Assembly (NCBI GenBank): GCA_944329255.1
Contig: CALVIA010000001.1
Span: forward strand, 1 to 34,963
DNA length: 34,963 nt
Reading direction: 5' to 3'
From: an uncultured Bacilli bacterium
GTDB taxonomy: Bacteria > Bacillota_I > Bacilli_A > RF39 > UBA660
A program made the translations under genes and the position numbers. Under the pieces are notes generated by a model. That model was not told the DNA's origin, made no database searches, and worked only from the letters and a program-made list of their open reading frames with translations. Shown in pieces: positions 8,254 to 16,278 of the stretch. How positions within the stretch are numbered: position 1 is the first letter of the stretch; each line of letters begins with the position of its first letter.

Positions 8254-10231
8254 ATCTTTTACTTGTTATAGCAACATTTGTTTCTCTTTTTTCTCCTGTA
8301 TATATCCATCCTTCTAATTTTGTACTTGTACTCCATTTATAAACTTTTTCAGTTTTTGTTTTATATATAGGAGTAGCATCTTTTATATCACTTGAACTTT
8401 CTGTAATATAACATTTATTTCCTACAAGAGTATATCCACCTGTACAATAATATATTGGATTAATACTATCTGTTTTTGTAATAATACATTTATTTCCACT
8501 TAATGTTCCATATTTACATGTATAAATACTATCAGCATATTCTACATCAGATATTTCACATTTTGTTCCATTTAATGTTCCAACTGGACAGCTATATACT
8601 TTTTCTGCATTTTCTTCTTTATTTAATGTTATTACACACATGTTACTACTATTTAATGTTCCCTCTTCACATTTATAACCTAAAGTAGCAGGTTTAGATG
8701 TTTGAGTAGGAACAATACATTTATTTCCGCTTAATGTTCCATTTGTACACTTATATGATACATTTGCATCTATTGTATTTGATGAACTTATAATACATTT
8801 ATTTCCACTTAATGTTCCATTTGTACATTTATATGATAGATTTGCATCTGTTGTACTTGATGATGAAATTATACATTTACTTCCGCTTAGTGTTCCACTT
8901 GAACATACATATCTATAACTTGCAGCTACAGTTGATGTTCCACCCCCTGTACATTTATAAGTTCTTGTACATTCTTCATATACTCTACTTGAACCAATTT
9001 GATATAAATATTTTCTAGTAAATGTTGGTGTAGATGTTGTGCTTACAGATGTTGTATATGTTTTATTAGAACATACCCACTTTGTATATCCACAACTTTG
9101 TGGATTATCAATAATACACTTTGTTCCACTTAATCTACCATTTGTACAATAGTATTGTTTACTAGCATTTACTGTATAACTTGATGAAATAATACATTTA
9201 TCTCCACTTAATGTTCCATTTGAACAACTATATACTTTTTCTGCATCTACTGTTGTAGAAGACCCTATTATACATTTTGTTCCACTTAATGTTCCATTTG
9301 TACAACTATATACTTTTTCTGCATCTACTGTTTTAGTTCCATCTATGATACAACTTGTTCCATTTAATATACCTTCACTACAAGTATATACTTTTTCTGC
9401 ATTTACTACTTTTACATCATTAACTATACATTTATTTCCAACTAATATTCCATCTGTACATTTATATGATAAGTCTGCATCAACTACATCATCTTTACCT
9501 TTTACACATTTGTTTAAACTAGATGCATATATATATCCGTTTGGACATTCTAATGTAGCATCAATTTTTTCTGTTTCAATTTTTTCACACTTGTTATTTT
9601 CTTTATTATATGCATATCCATCTTTACATTTTAAACTTGCATCTTCTATTTTTTCTACTTCAGATTCTTTAATACACTTATTATCTTTTAATGTATATCC
9701 ATCAGCACATACATATTTTTCAATGTATTTTGTTTCTTCTATTCTGTAGAATTTATATTCAGTAACTTTCTTTGTTTCGTCAGTTCCATTACCTACTTCT
9801 ACATTACATGTTCCATCTTCACATACATCATAACATCCGAAGTATTCAATTACATAATCTTCTTCTTCTCCACATGATAAGAATGTTTTAAATATGTACT
9901 CGCTGCCTTCCTTTGTTACTTCAACATATGATTTTTGTGGATCACATGTTTTTCCATCACTATCAGTAAATTCTATTAACATTTTATTATTTAACATATC
10001 TTCTAATGTTAATTTCTTTACTTCACCTTCTTTAGGTAATTTTGAAACTGTAAAATAACTTTTTGCAGCATCTGTCATTGTAGTTATGTTTTGTGCAAAA
10101 ATCTTATCATAAAAAGGATTAAGATTTGGCATAGGCATTAACCACATTAACAAAAATATAAATAATAATACAATTAAAATTTTAACAATTAAATCTCTGA
10201 AGAAATAATTTTTATTGTTTTCATTATACAT
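8252..10231 (-). CDS. N-terminally membrane-anchored protein with about 15 tandem two-cysteine repeats (function unknown)
   Basis: ATG at 10231 with GAGGGGGA 5 nt upstream. One hydrophobic helix (LIVKILIVLLFIFLLMWLM) is followed by repeats of Y-x-C-x-x-G-x-L-x-G-x-K-C-I (for example YSCTNGTLSGTKCII, YKCTNGTLSGNKCII). The periodicity is also visible at DNA level. Confidence 0.75.
   Translation of the reverse strand: MYNENNKNYFFRDLIVKILIVLLFIFLLMWLMPMPNLNPFYDKIFAQNITTMTDAAKSYFTVSKLPKEGEVKKLTLEDMLNNKMLIEFTDSDGKTCDPQKSYVEVTKEGSEYIFKTFLSCGEEEDYVIEYFGCYDVCEDGTCNVEVGNGTDETKKVTEYKFYRIEETKYIEKYVCADGYTLKDNKCIKESEVEKIEDASLKCKDGYAYNKENNKCEKIETEKIDATLECPNGYIYASSLNKCVKGKDDVVDADLSYKCTDGILVGNKCIVNDVKVVNAEKVYTCSEGILNGTSCIIDGTKTVDAEKVYSCTNGTLSGTKCIIGSSTTVDAEKVYSCSNGTLSGDKCIISSSYTVNASKQYYCTNGRLSGTKCIIDNPQSCGYTKWVCSNKTYTTSVSTTSTPTFTRKYLYQIGSSRVYEECTRTYKCTGGGTSTVAASYRYVCSSGTLSGSKCIISSSSTTDANLSYKCTNGTLSGNKCIISSSNTIDANVSYKCTNGTLSGNKCIVPTQTSKPATLGYKCEEGTLNSSNMCVITLNKEENAEKVYSCPVGTLNGTKCEISDVEYADSIYTCKYGTLSGNKCIITKTDSINPIYYCTGGYTLVGNKCYITESSSDIKDATPIYKTKTEKVYKWSTSTKLEGWIYTGEKRETNVAITSKR
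8374..9754 (-). repeat. In-frame coding tandem repeats (about 75-110 nt units) encoding the two-Cys motif
   Basis: Near-identical DNA units recur, for example acatttatttcc[g/a]cttaatgttccatttgtaca at about 8718 and 8796, with related copies near 8480 and 9130-9300. All lie in the frame of the 8252..10231 CDS. Confidence 0.7.
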
Positions 10232-10361
10232 ACAAATCCCCCTCTTTCATTTGATTGCCCTATATTATACACATTTTTTTTATTTTGTCAACTATTGTAC
10301 AAAAATGGGCTTTTTTTTATATTTTCTCTTTATATATTATATAATTAATATAGGTGGTATT

Positions 10362-12089
10362 ATGAAAGAAAGAAAAAAGAAAAATATTATTCATAAAGTA
10401 TTTAGTACTTTAGCTTTATTAGTGAGTTTATCATACTTAACTTATAAAATAGTTAATATTGATTCTATATTAAACAACATTATAATTTTATCTATCCCGT
10501 TGTTTATATTTTTAATTAGTTTAATTATATTTATATTTTCTTTAAAATCTGAAAATAAAAAATTATTTATTATAACTTCATTATTGTTAATTATTTTTAC
10601 AGGATTTTATTTTATAAATGATTTAAATATAATAACTCTTCCAAAGGAAGAAGTACTTCTATCTTATAAAAATAAATCTTATCTTGATTTTAAAGAATGG
10701 GCTGATAGTAAAAATATAAAAATTGTAGTTGAATATGAAAATAGTGATACTATTGAAAAAGGTAAAATAATAAGATTAGACAAAAATGAAGGGACTTTAG
10801 TAAAAGATATTAAAACGATAAATGTAGTTGTATCTGATGGACCAAATCCCGATAAACTATTAATTATTCCAAGTATGTTAGGATGGAACGTTGACGATGT
10901 TATTACTTATGTTAAAGAAAACTTTATGACTAATGTAATAGTAAATTTTGAATTTTCAACTAGTGAAAAAGATATTGTTATTAAACAAAGTATAAATGGT
11001 GAAATAAGAAGAAGCGAAGAATTGACTATTACTGTTTCTTTAGGAAATGAAAATGATGTAATTAAGAACGTTGAAATGATTGATTTATCTAACAAAACCT
11101 TATTTGAAGCATCTATATGGTTAAAAAGAAATTGCATTAATTATGAATTAAATTATGAATTTAGTGATAATATAGACAAAGATATAATTCTAAATCAAAG
11201 TATAAAAAGTGGTGAAGAAGTAAATATTGATGAAAATGTTATAACATTGACTGTATCTAAAGGAAAAGCTATTACAATAGTAGATTTTACTAAAATGGAT
11301 GTTAATGAAGTAACTGACTGGATAATTAAAAATGATTTAAAAATAAAGTTTGAAGAAATATATGATGAAAGTATTGAAACAGGAAAAATAATTAAGCAAG
11401 ATATAGAAGTTGGTACAAAAGTAGCGACTAATACTTTGATTACAATTACTATATCAAGAGGTCAAATAAAAATGGAAAAATTTGAATCTTTATATGAATT
11501 TAAAGAATGGGCAAATAAATATAATATAAAATATAATGAATCTTATGAATATAGCAATAGCGTAGCAAAAGGTAAAGTTATTAGTTATTCATATAAAGAG
11601 GATGAAATTATTGATCCTGATGATGTTGTATACGTTAAAGTATCGTTAGGAAAAGCTATTACAATTCCTTCTTTTATAGGTAAAAGCAAATCAGAAATAC
11701 AAAATACATGTAATAGTTTAGGTTTAAGATGTTCATTTACAACAGGAACATATACTAAATATAATGCAAATATTGCATATGCACAATCAAGAACTGCTGG
11801 ATCAAAAGTAGCATCTGGTTCATCTATCACAATAACATTAAGTAAAGGAATTCCTACAACAAGTAAATTATATATTAATGGAAGTTTAACTATATCTGGT
11901 AGCGCTGATACTACTATATCGTTATTAACCGATTTTTTTAATAAGAATTATCCTGGAGTTAATTTTATATTTAAAAAAGTTAAGCATAATACGTTAAATA
12001 ATGGAATGATATCCGATAATTCTCCTACTAATGCTGGAAGTTCTGTAACCCAAGGAAAAACTTATACTATATATATAGTTTCAAATTAA
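10362..12089 (+). CDS. Membrane protein with about six PASTA-like modules and no kinase or PBP domain
   Basis: I prefer the ATG at 10362 (MKERKKKN), which has GGTGG upstream. The N-terminal hydrophobic segments are followed by repeated modules of about 65 aa ending in V.VS.G / ITIS.G (VVVSDG, ITVSLG, LTVSKG, ITISRG, VKVSLG, ITLSKG), as in PASTA domains. This is the only plus-strand gene in the window. Confidence 0.75.
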   Translation: MKERKKKNIIHKVFSTLALLVSLSYLTYKIVNIDSILNNIIILSIPLFIFLISLIIFIFSLKSENKKLFIITSLLLIIFTGFYFINDLNIITLPKEEVLLSYKNKSYLDFKEWADSKNIKIVVEYENSDTIEKGKIIRLDKNEGTLVKDIKTINVVVSDGPNPDKLLIIPSMLGWNVDDVITYVKENFMTNVIVNFEFSTSEKDIVIKQSINGEIRRSEELTITVSLGNENDVIKNVEMIDLSNKTLFEASIWLKRNCINYELNYEFSDNIDKDIILNQSIKSGEEVNIDENVITLTVSKGKAITIVDFTKMDVNEVTDWIIKNDLKIKFEEIYDESIETGKIIKQDIEVGTKVATNTLITITISRGQIKMEKFESLYEFKEWANKYNIKYNESYEYSNSVAKGKVISYSYKEDEIIDPDDVVYVKVSLGKAITIPSFIGKSKSEIQNTCNSLGLRCSFTTGTYTKYNANIAYAQSRTAGSKVASGSSITITLSKGIPTTSKLYINGSLTISGSADTTISLLTDFFNKNYPGVNFIFKKVKHNTLNNGMISDNSPTNAGSSVTQGKTYTIYIVSN

Positions 12090-12093
12090 AAAT

Positions 12094-12130
12094 AAAAATC
12101 TACACGATACGTTCGTGTAGATTTATTTTT
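12094..12130. terminator. Bidirectional rho-independent terminator between the convergent PASTA gene and gatB
   Basis: ATCTACACGA (12098-12107), loop TACGT, TCGTGTAGAT (12113-12122). A-runs on one side and T-runs on the other give T-tails on both strands. Confidence 0.7.
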
Positions 12131-12141
12131 ATTTAAATATT

Positions 12142-13572
12142 TTATAAATTATTGTTTTTTCTATTTTCTAATTCTTTTATTAATAAATCATTAGTAATTT
12201 TTGGATTTGCTTGTCCTTTTGTTTCCTTCATTACTTGACCCATTAAAAATTTAATACTTCTATCAAGACCATTTTTATAATCTTCAACTGCTTTTATATT
12301 ATTATTTATTACATTATTAATTATATTTAATAAATCATTACTATCACTTATTTGTTTTAAACCTTTTTTATTAATTATATCTTGAACATTTCCTTTGTTT
12401 TCTAATAACTCACTAATAATTTCTTTTGCAATTTTAGAAGATATTTCATTTTTATCTAATTTATCTACTATATCTTTTATATTTTCTTTTGTTACATTTA
12501 ACTCGTTAAATTTCATATATCTTTTATTCATATAAGATAAAATATCTGCCGTTAATATATTTGCACATAATACTGGATTAACGTTTTCTTCTATTAATTC
12601 GTTTAATAAAATATTTAAATCCATATTTTGAATAAGTGATTTTATAGTTACATCGTTTATTCCTAATTTTTTATATTTTTCTTTTAATTCGTTTGGTAGC
12701 ATTGGAATCGTTTTTTTAATGCATTTAATCCATTCATCGTCTATAATAATTTTAGGAATATCTGGTTCTGGAAAGTACCTATAATCATTACCTGTTTCTT
12801 TTTTTCTCATTAATATAGTAGTACTTGTTTTATCATCCCATCTTCTTGTTTCTTCAGAAATTTTTATACCTTCTTCTATTAATTTTGTTTGTCTTTTTAT
12901 TTCGTATAAAATGCTTTGCGCTACAGCACTTATTGATCCAATATTTTTTATTTCTACTTTAGTGCCTAATTCATCGGTTTCACTTAATGAAATATTTAAA
13001 TCGCATCTCATACTTCCTTCTTCTATTTTTACATCACTAATATTTGAATATAATAATATTTCTCTTAAATTTTCTAAATATAAAACTGCTTCTTTTTCAT
13101 TTGATATAACAGGTTTAGTAACAATTTCTATAAGTGGAATTCCTGCTCTATTAAAGTTTAATAAAGTATGATTGTTTTCATGAATACTTTTACAAGTATC
13201 TTCTTCCATATGGATTTCTTCAATTTCAATATTCTTTTTTATACCATCATATTGTACTTCTATATAACCATTTCTTCCTATTGGAGTATTATTTTGAGTT
13301 ATTTGAAAATTTTTAGGAATATCTGGATAAAAATAATTTTTTCTATCAAAAAATATTTCTTTTGTAATATCACAATGTAAAACTAATGCTGTTTTTATCC
13401 CCAAATCTAGTAAAGCTTTATTTAAAGTAGGTAAAGTTCCTGGATATCCTAAATCTATTTCGTTAATCATTTTATTAGGTACTTCTCCATATGTATTTTT
13501 GGAAGGAGAAAAAGCTTTACTATTAGTTTTTAATTCACAATGTACTTCTATTCCTATAGTTGGTTTTAACAT
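12142..13572 (-). CDS. gatB: Asp/Glu-tRNA(Asn/Gln) amidotransferase subunit B
   Basis: N-terminus KPTIGIEVHCELKTNSKAFS, plus DLGYPGTLP, NRAGIPLIEIVT, RCDLNISL and a C-terminal YqeY-like tail FLMGQVMKETKGQANP. Overlaps gatA by 7 nt. Confidence 0.95.
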   Translation of the reverse strand: MLKPTIGIEVHCELKTNSKAFSPSKNTYGEVPNKMINEIDLGYPGTLPTLNKALLDLGIKTALVLHCDITKEIFFDRKNYFYPDIPKNFQITQNNTPIGRNGYIEVQYDGIKKNIEIEEIHMEEDTCKSIHENNHTLLNFNRAGIPLIEIVTKPVISNEKEAVLYLENLREILLYSNISDVKIEEGSMRCDLNISLSETDELGTKVEIKNIGSISAVAQSILYEIKRQTKLIEEGIKISEETRRWDDKTSTTILMRKKETGNDYRYFPEPDIPKIIIDDEWIKCIKKTIPMLPNELKEKYKKLGINDVTIKSLIQNMDLNILLNELIEENVNPVLCANILTADILSYMNKRYMKFNELNVTKENIKDIVDKLDKNEISSKIAKEIISELLENKGNVQDIINKKGLKQISDSNDLLNIINNVINNNIKAVEDYKNGLDRSIKFLMGQVMKETKGQANPKITNDLLIKELENRKNNNL

Positions 13573-15002
13573 ATTTTACCTCCTACTTCTTTTTCAATAA
13601 AACTTGCTAGTTTATACATTTTTGCTTCATCAAATTTATTGCCTATAATTTGTAATCCAATAGGCAATTTATTTTTCCCTTCTCCTATTTTTATACTCAT
13701 TCCTGGAAGACCAGCCATATTTACTGGAATAGTAAATAAATCATCATTAAAGCTTTTTGTAGCATCATTAATACCTTCATTAAATTTTCCAGCAAAGTCA
13801 GTTGTTGTAGGTCCAATTACTAAATCATATTCTTCAAATAGTTTTTGAAAACTATCACTTATCTTTTTTCTTATTTTTAGTGCTTTATAATAGTATGTCT
13901 TTGCATTTTTTCCACTTAAGACATATGAACCAATCATCATTCTTCTTTTAACTTCCTCACCAAATCCTTCTTTTCTTGTATACTTATACATTTCATCTAT
14001 ACTACTTACTTCTTTGTCTGTTTGATATCCATATCTAACTCCATCAAATCTTGCTAAATTTGATGATGCTTCTGCTAGTGCAATTATTTGATATAAAGGA
14101 ACTGCATATTCTACATAATCAATGTCAACATATTCTACTTTAACATTGTTATCTTTTAATAACTCGATTATATTTTCTATATTATTTTTTATTTCTTTAT
14201 TAACAACATCACTCATATAAAAATTTGGAACTGCAATTTTCATACCATCAATTTTTTCACCAATTAATCGTGTAAAATCTTCATTAGTATCAGATGATGT
14301 TAAATCTTTTTCATCTTTTCCACATAAAATATTAAGTAATAAGGCATTTTCATATACATTTCTTGAAAAAGGTCCTATTTGATCTAGTGATGATGCAAAT
14401 GCAACTAATCCATATCTAGATATTCTTCCATATGTTGGCTTTAATCCAACTACTCCATTAAAAGCTGCTGGTTGTCTTATAGATCCTCCTGTATCACTTC
14501 CTAATGAAAAAGGAACTATTCCTCTTGAAACAGCAACAGCAGAACCGCCACTACTTCCTCCAGAAACTCTTTCTTTATCATAACTATTTAAAACATTACC
14601 ATAATAACTTGTTTCGTTAGTTGAACCCATCGCAAATTCATCCATGTTTAATTTTCCTATTATTATCATATTTTTTTCTTTTATTTTTTTTATTACTGTT
14701 GCATCATAAGTAGGAATAAAATTTGATAATATTTTAGATGCACAAGTTGTTTTTAAATTCTTTGTTATAATATTATCTTTAATAGCAATAGGAATTCCAA
14801 ATAATAAATTATCAACTTCTTTATTTTCTAATTCTTTAGCTTTTTTTATTGCATTTTCTTTATCTAATGTAATAAATGTATTATATTCTTTGTTTTCTTC
14901 AATGCGATTAAAACATTCCATAACTAAATCTAATGGTTTGATTTCTTTATTAATTAATTTTTTATTTATTTCTTTTATACTTAAATCTAAATAATTACTC
15001 AT
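13566..15002 (-). CDS. gatA: Asp/Glu-tRNA(Asn/Gln) amidotransferase subunit A
   Basis: Amidase signature GGSSGGSAVAVS...GSDTGGSIRQPAAFNGVVGLKPTYGRISRYG. 478 aa. Overlaps both gatC and gatB. Confidence 0.95.
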   Translation of the reverse strand: MSNYLDLSIKEINKKLINKEIKPLDLVMECFNRIEENKEYNTFITLDKENAIKKAKELENKEVDNLLFGIPIAIKDNIITKNLKTTCASKILSNFIPTYDATVIKKIKEKNMIIIGKLNMDEFAMGSTNETSYYGNVLNSYDKERVSGGSSGGSAVAVSRGIVPFSLGSDTGGSIRQPAAFNGVVGLKPTYGRISRYGLVAFASSLDQIGPFSRNVYENALLLNILCGKDEKDLTSSDTNEDFTRLIGEKIDGMKIAVPNFYMSDVVNKEIKNNIENIIELLKDNNVKVEYVDIDYVEYAVPLYQIIALAEASSNLARFDGVRYGYQTDKEVSSIDEMYKYTRKEGFGEEVKRRMMIGSYVLSGKNAKTYYYKALKIRKKISDSFQKLFEEYDLVIGPTTTDFAGKFNEGINDATKSFNDDLFTIPVNMAGLPGMSIKIGEGKNKLPIGLQIIGNKFDEAKMYKLASFIEKEVGGKIC

Positions 15003-15282
15003 TTAAAAACCTCTTTATTTCAATATAATTTCCATTTGATTTAGGTGCATTTTTTAATATATCTACATCTTCATTTACAAAAACATCTTCTCTATAAATA
15101 TTTTTATTATTTGATGGACTAATCAATATTTCTTCTTCATCAATATTTACCTTATTAATTAAATCAATTTGATTCATTATTTGTTTTAATTCAACTTTAT
15201 ATTTGATAATATCATTTTCATCAACTTCAATTTTTGCTAAATCTGCAACATGAAGTACTTCTTCTTTAGTTAATTCATTCAT
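14995..15282 (-). CDS. gatC: Asp/Glu-tRNA(Asn/Gln) amidotransferase subunit C
   Basis: About 95 aa with the GatC-like motif EVLHVADLAKIEVDENDI. Positioned first in the gatCAB operon. I prefer the ATG at 15282 (MNELTKEE) over the track start at 15315. Confidence 0.88.
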   Translation of the reverse strand: MNELTKEEVLHVADLAKIEVDENDIIKYKVELKQIMNQIDLINKVNIDEEEILISPSNNKNIYREDVFVNEDVDILKNAPKSNGNYIEIKRFLNE

Positions 15283-15327
15283 AATATCACTCTTTTCTTC
15301 CTTATAGTATAGCATTTTTAAACAAAC

Positions 15328-15356
15328 AAAAAAAGACTTTACATTGTCTTTTTTAA
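15328..15356 (-). terminator. Rho-independent terminator after the small basic protein gene
   Basis: The minus strand reads AAAAGAC-AATGTAAA-GTCTTTT followed by TTTGTTTG. Confidence 0.5.
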
Positions 15357-15365
15357 TTAATATAA

Positions 15366-15632
15366 CTAAAATTGCATTATAATTAAATATGCAACTAGCA
15401 TCATAAGAGACACAATTGCCATACCAATTAATATTGATACATTAGTATCTAATATATTTACACTTTTTACAACTGGTGTAATAATCTCTTTTTCAGCTGG
15501 TTTAACTGTAACATTTTTTACTGCTTTTTTAGTAGTTTTCTTTGCTACTGGTTTTTTATTTTTAGTACTTGCAGTAGTCTTTTTTGCAGCTGTTTTTGTT
15601 GTAGTTTTTTTTGCTGTACTTTTTGTAGCCAT
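15366..15632 (-). CDS. Small tail-anchored protein with a Lys/Thr/Ala-rich (histone H1-like) N-terminus
   Basis: ATG at 15632 preceded by AAAGGAGTGAAATA. The product is MATKSTAKKTTTKTAAKKTTASTKNKKPVAKKTTKKAVK... and ends in one hydrophobic helix (ILIGMAIVSLMMLVAYLIIM). It has its own promoter-like and terminator-like elements. Confidence 0.55.
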   Translation of the reverse strand: MATKSTAKKTTTKTAAKKTTASTKNKKPVAKKTTKKAVKNVTVKPAEKEIITPVVKSVNILDTNVSILIGMAIVSLMMLVAYLIIMQF

Positions 15633-15667
15633 TATTTCACTCCTTTTTATACTATATTTATATGTAT

Positions 15668-15696
15668 AGTATAACATAAATATATGGCAATGTGAA
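15668..15696 (-). promoter_or_regulatory. Putative promoter of the small basic protein gene
   Basis: The minus strand reads TTCACA (15696-15691), a 17-nt spacer, then TATACT (15673-15668) with TG at -15/-14. This places the track's upstream Met outside the transcript. Confidence 0.35.
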
Positions 15697-15699
15697 GAA

Positions 15700-16149
15700 T
15701 TAATTGTTATTTTTTCTAAGTCTTAGTACAGATTCTAATCTTGCTGCTCTTAAAACTTGATTATCAAGTGAACCATATGATATATCTAAATTTAATAAAT
15801 GTCCATTATTAAATATTACTGTACTTGTAAATTCATTTTTTTTATAATTTTGTAAATTTTTTAATGAAACCCAAGTGCATTCATATAATCTTGGTGATGT
15901 TGTTGGAAAAAATATTATCTCTCTTGATTCTTCTATTATTATTGGTGCTTTATGACTAACACCTATTAAATTTTTAGTTCCCTGACTTCTACCTTGATAT
16001 GAACTTCCAAAATATTCACAACTTTTTTCTATTATTTTCTTTACTGGTAAATTCACGATAAAAATTCTATCTTTTTCTATAATTTTAGATGTTTTTTCAT
16101 TTATTGGTAAGATAGCAAAAGTATCGTCGTTTATTTCATATTCATCCAT
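15700..16149 (-). CDS. comK: ComK-family competence transcription factor
   Basis: Reads in parallel with B. subtilis ComK: SKIIEKD, YFGSSYQGRSQGT, VSHKAPII, FFPTTSP, ISYGSLDNQVLRAARL. RBS GGGAGG upstream. Confidence 0.8.
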   Translation of the reverse strand: MDEYEINDDTFAILPINEKTSKIIEKDRIFIVNLPVKKIIEKSCEYFGSSYQGRSQGTKNLIGVSHKAPIIIEESREIIFFPTTSPRLYECTWVSLKNLQNYKKNEFTSTVIFNNGHLLNLDISYGSLDNQVLRAARLESVLRLRKNNN

Positions 16150-16244
16150 AAAGTAAACCTCCCTTCTAATTATAACTTCTCATAAAAGTTACAACTTCCT
16201 CTAAATTATCATTAAATATAATCGAAAATTGACGAATTTTGTAT

Positions 16245-16278
16245 TAAAAAATAAAAAGACAACTAAAAAGTTGTCTAA
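16245..16278 (-). terminator. Rho-independent terminator after the DUF2207 gene
   Basis: The minus strand reads AGACAAC-TTTTTA-GTTGTCT followed by TTTTATTTTTT. The hairpin contains the TAG stop at 16275-16277. Confidence 0.55.

Noticed and set aside
8374-9754. Regularly spaced DNA repeats that could at first glance suggest a CRISPR array or satellite.
   Set aside because: The repeats are in frame inside a long ORF and encode a coherent Cys-containing peptide motif. The spacers are also coding (Ser/Thr-rich linkers), and no cas genes are present. The about 1.6-2.0 kb periodicity at 18.7-27.5 kb is likewise due to gene paralogy, not CRISPR.
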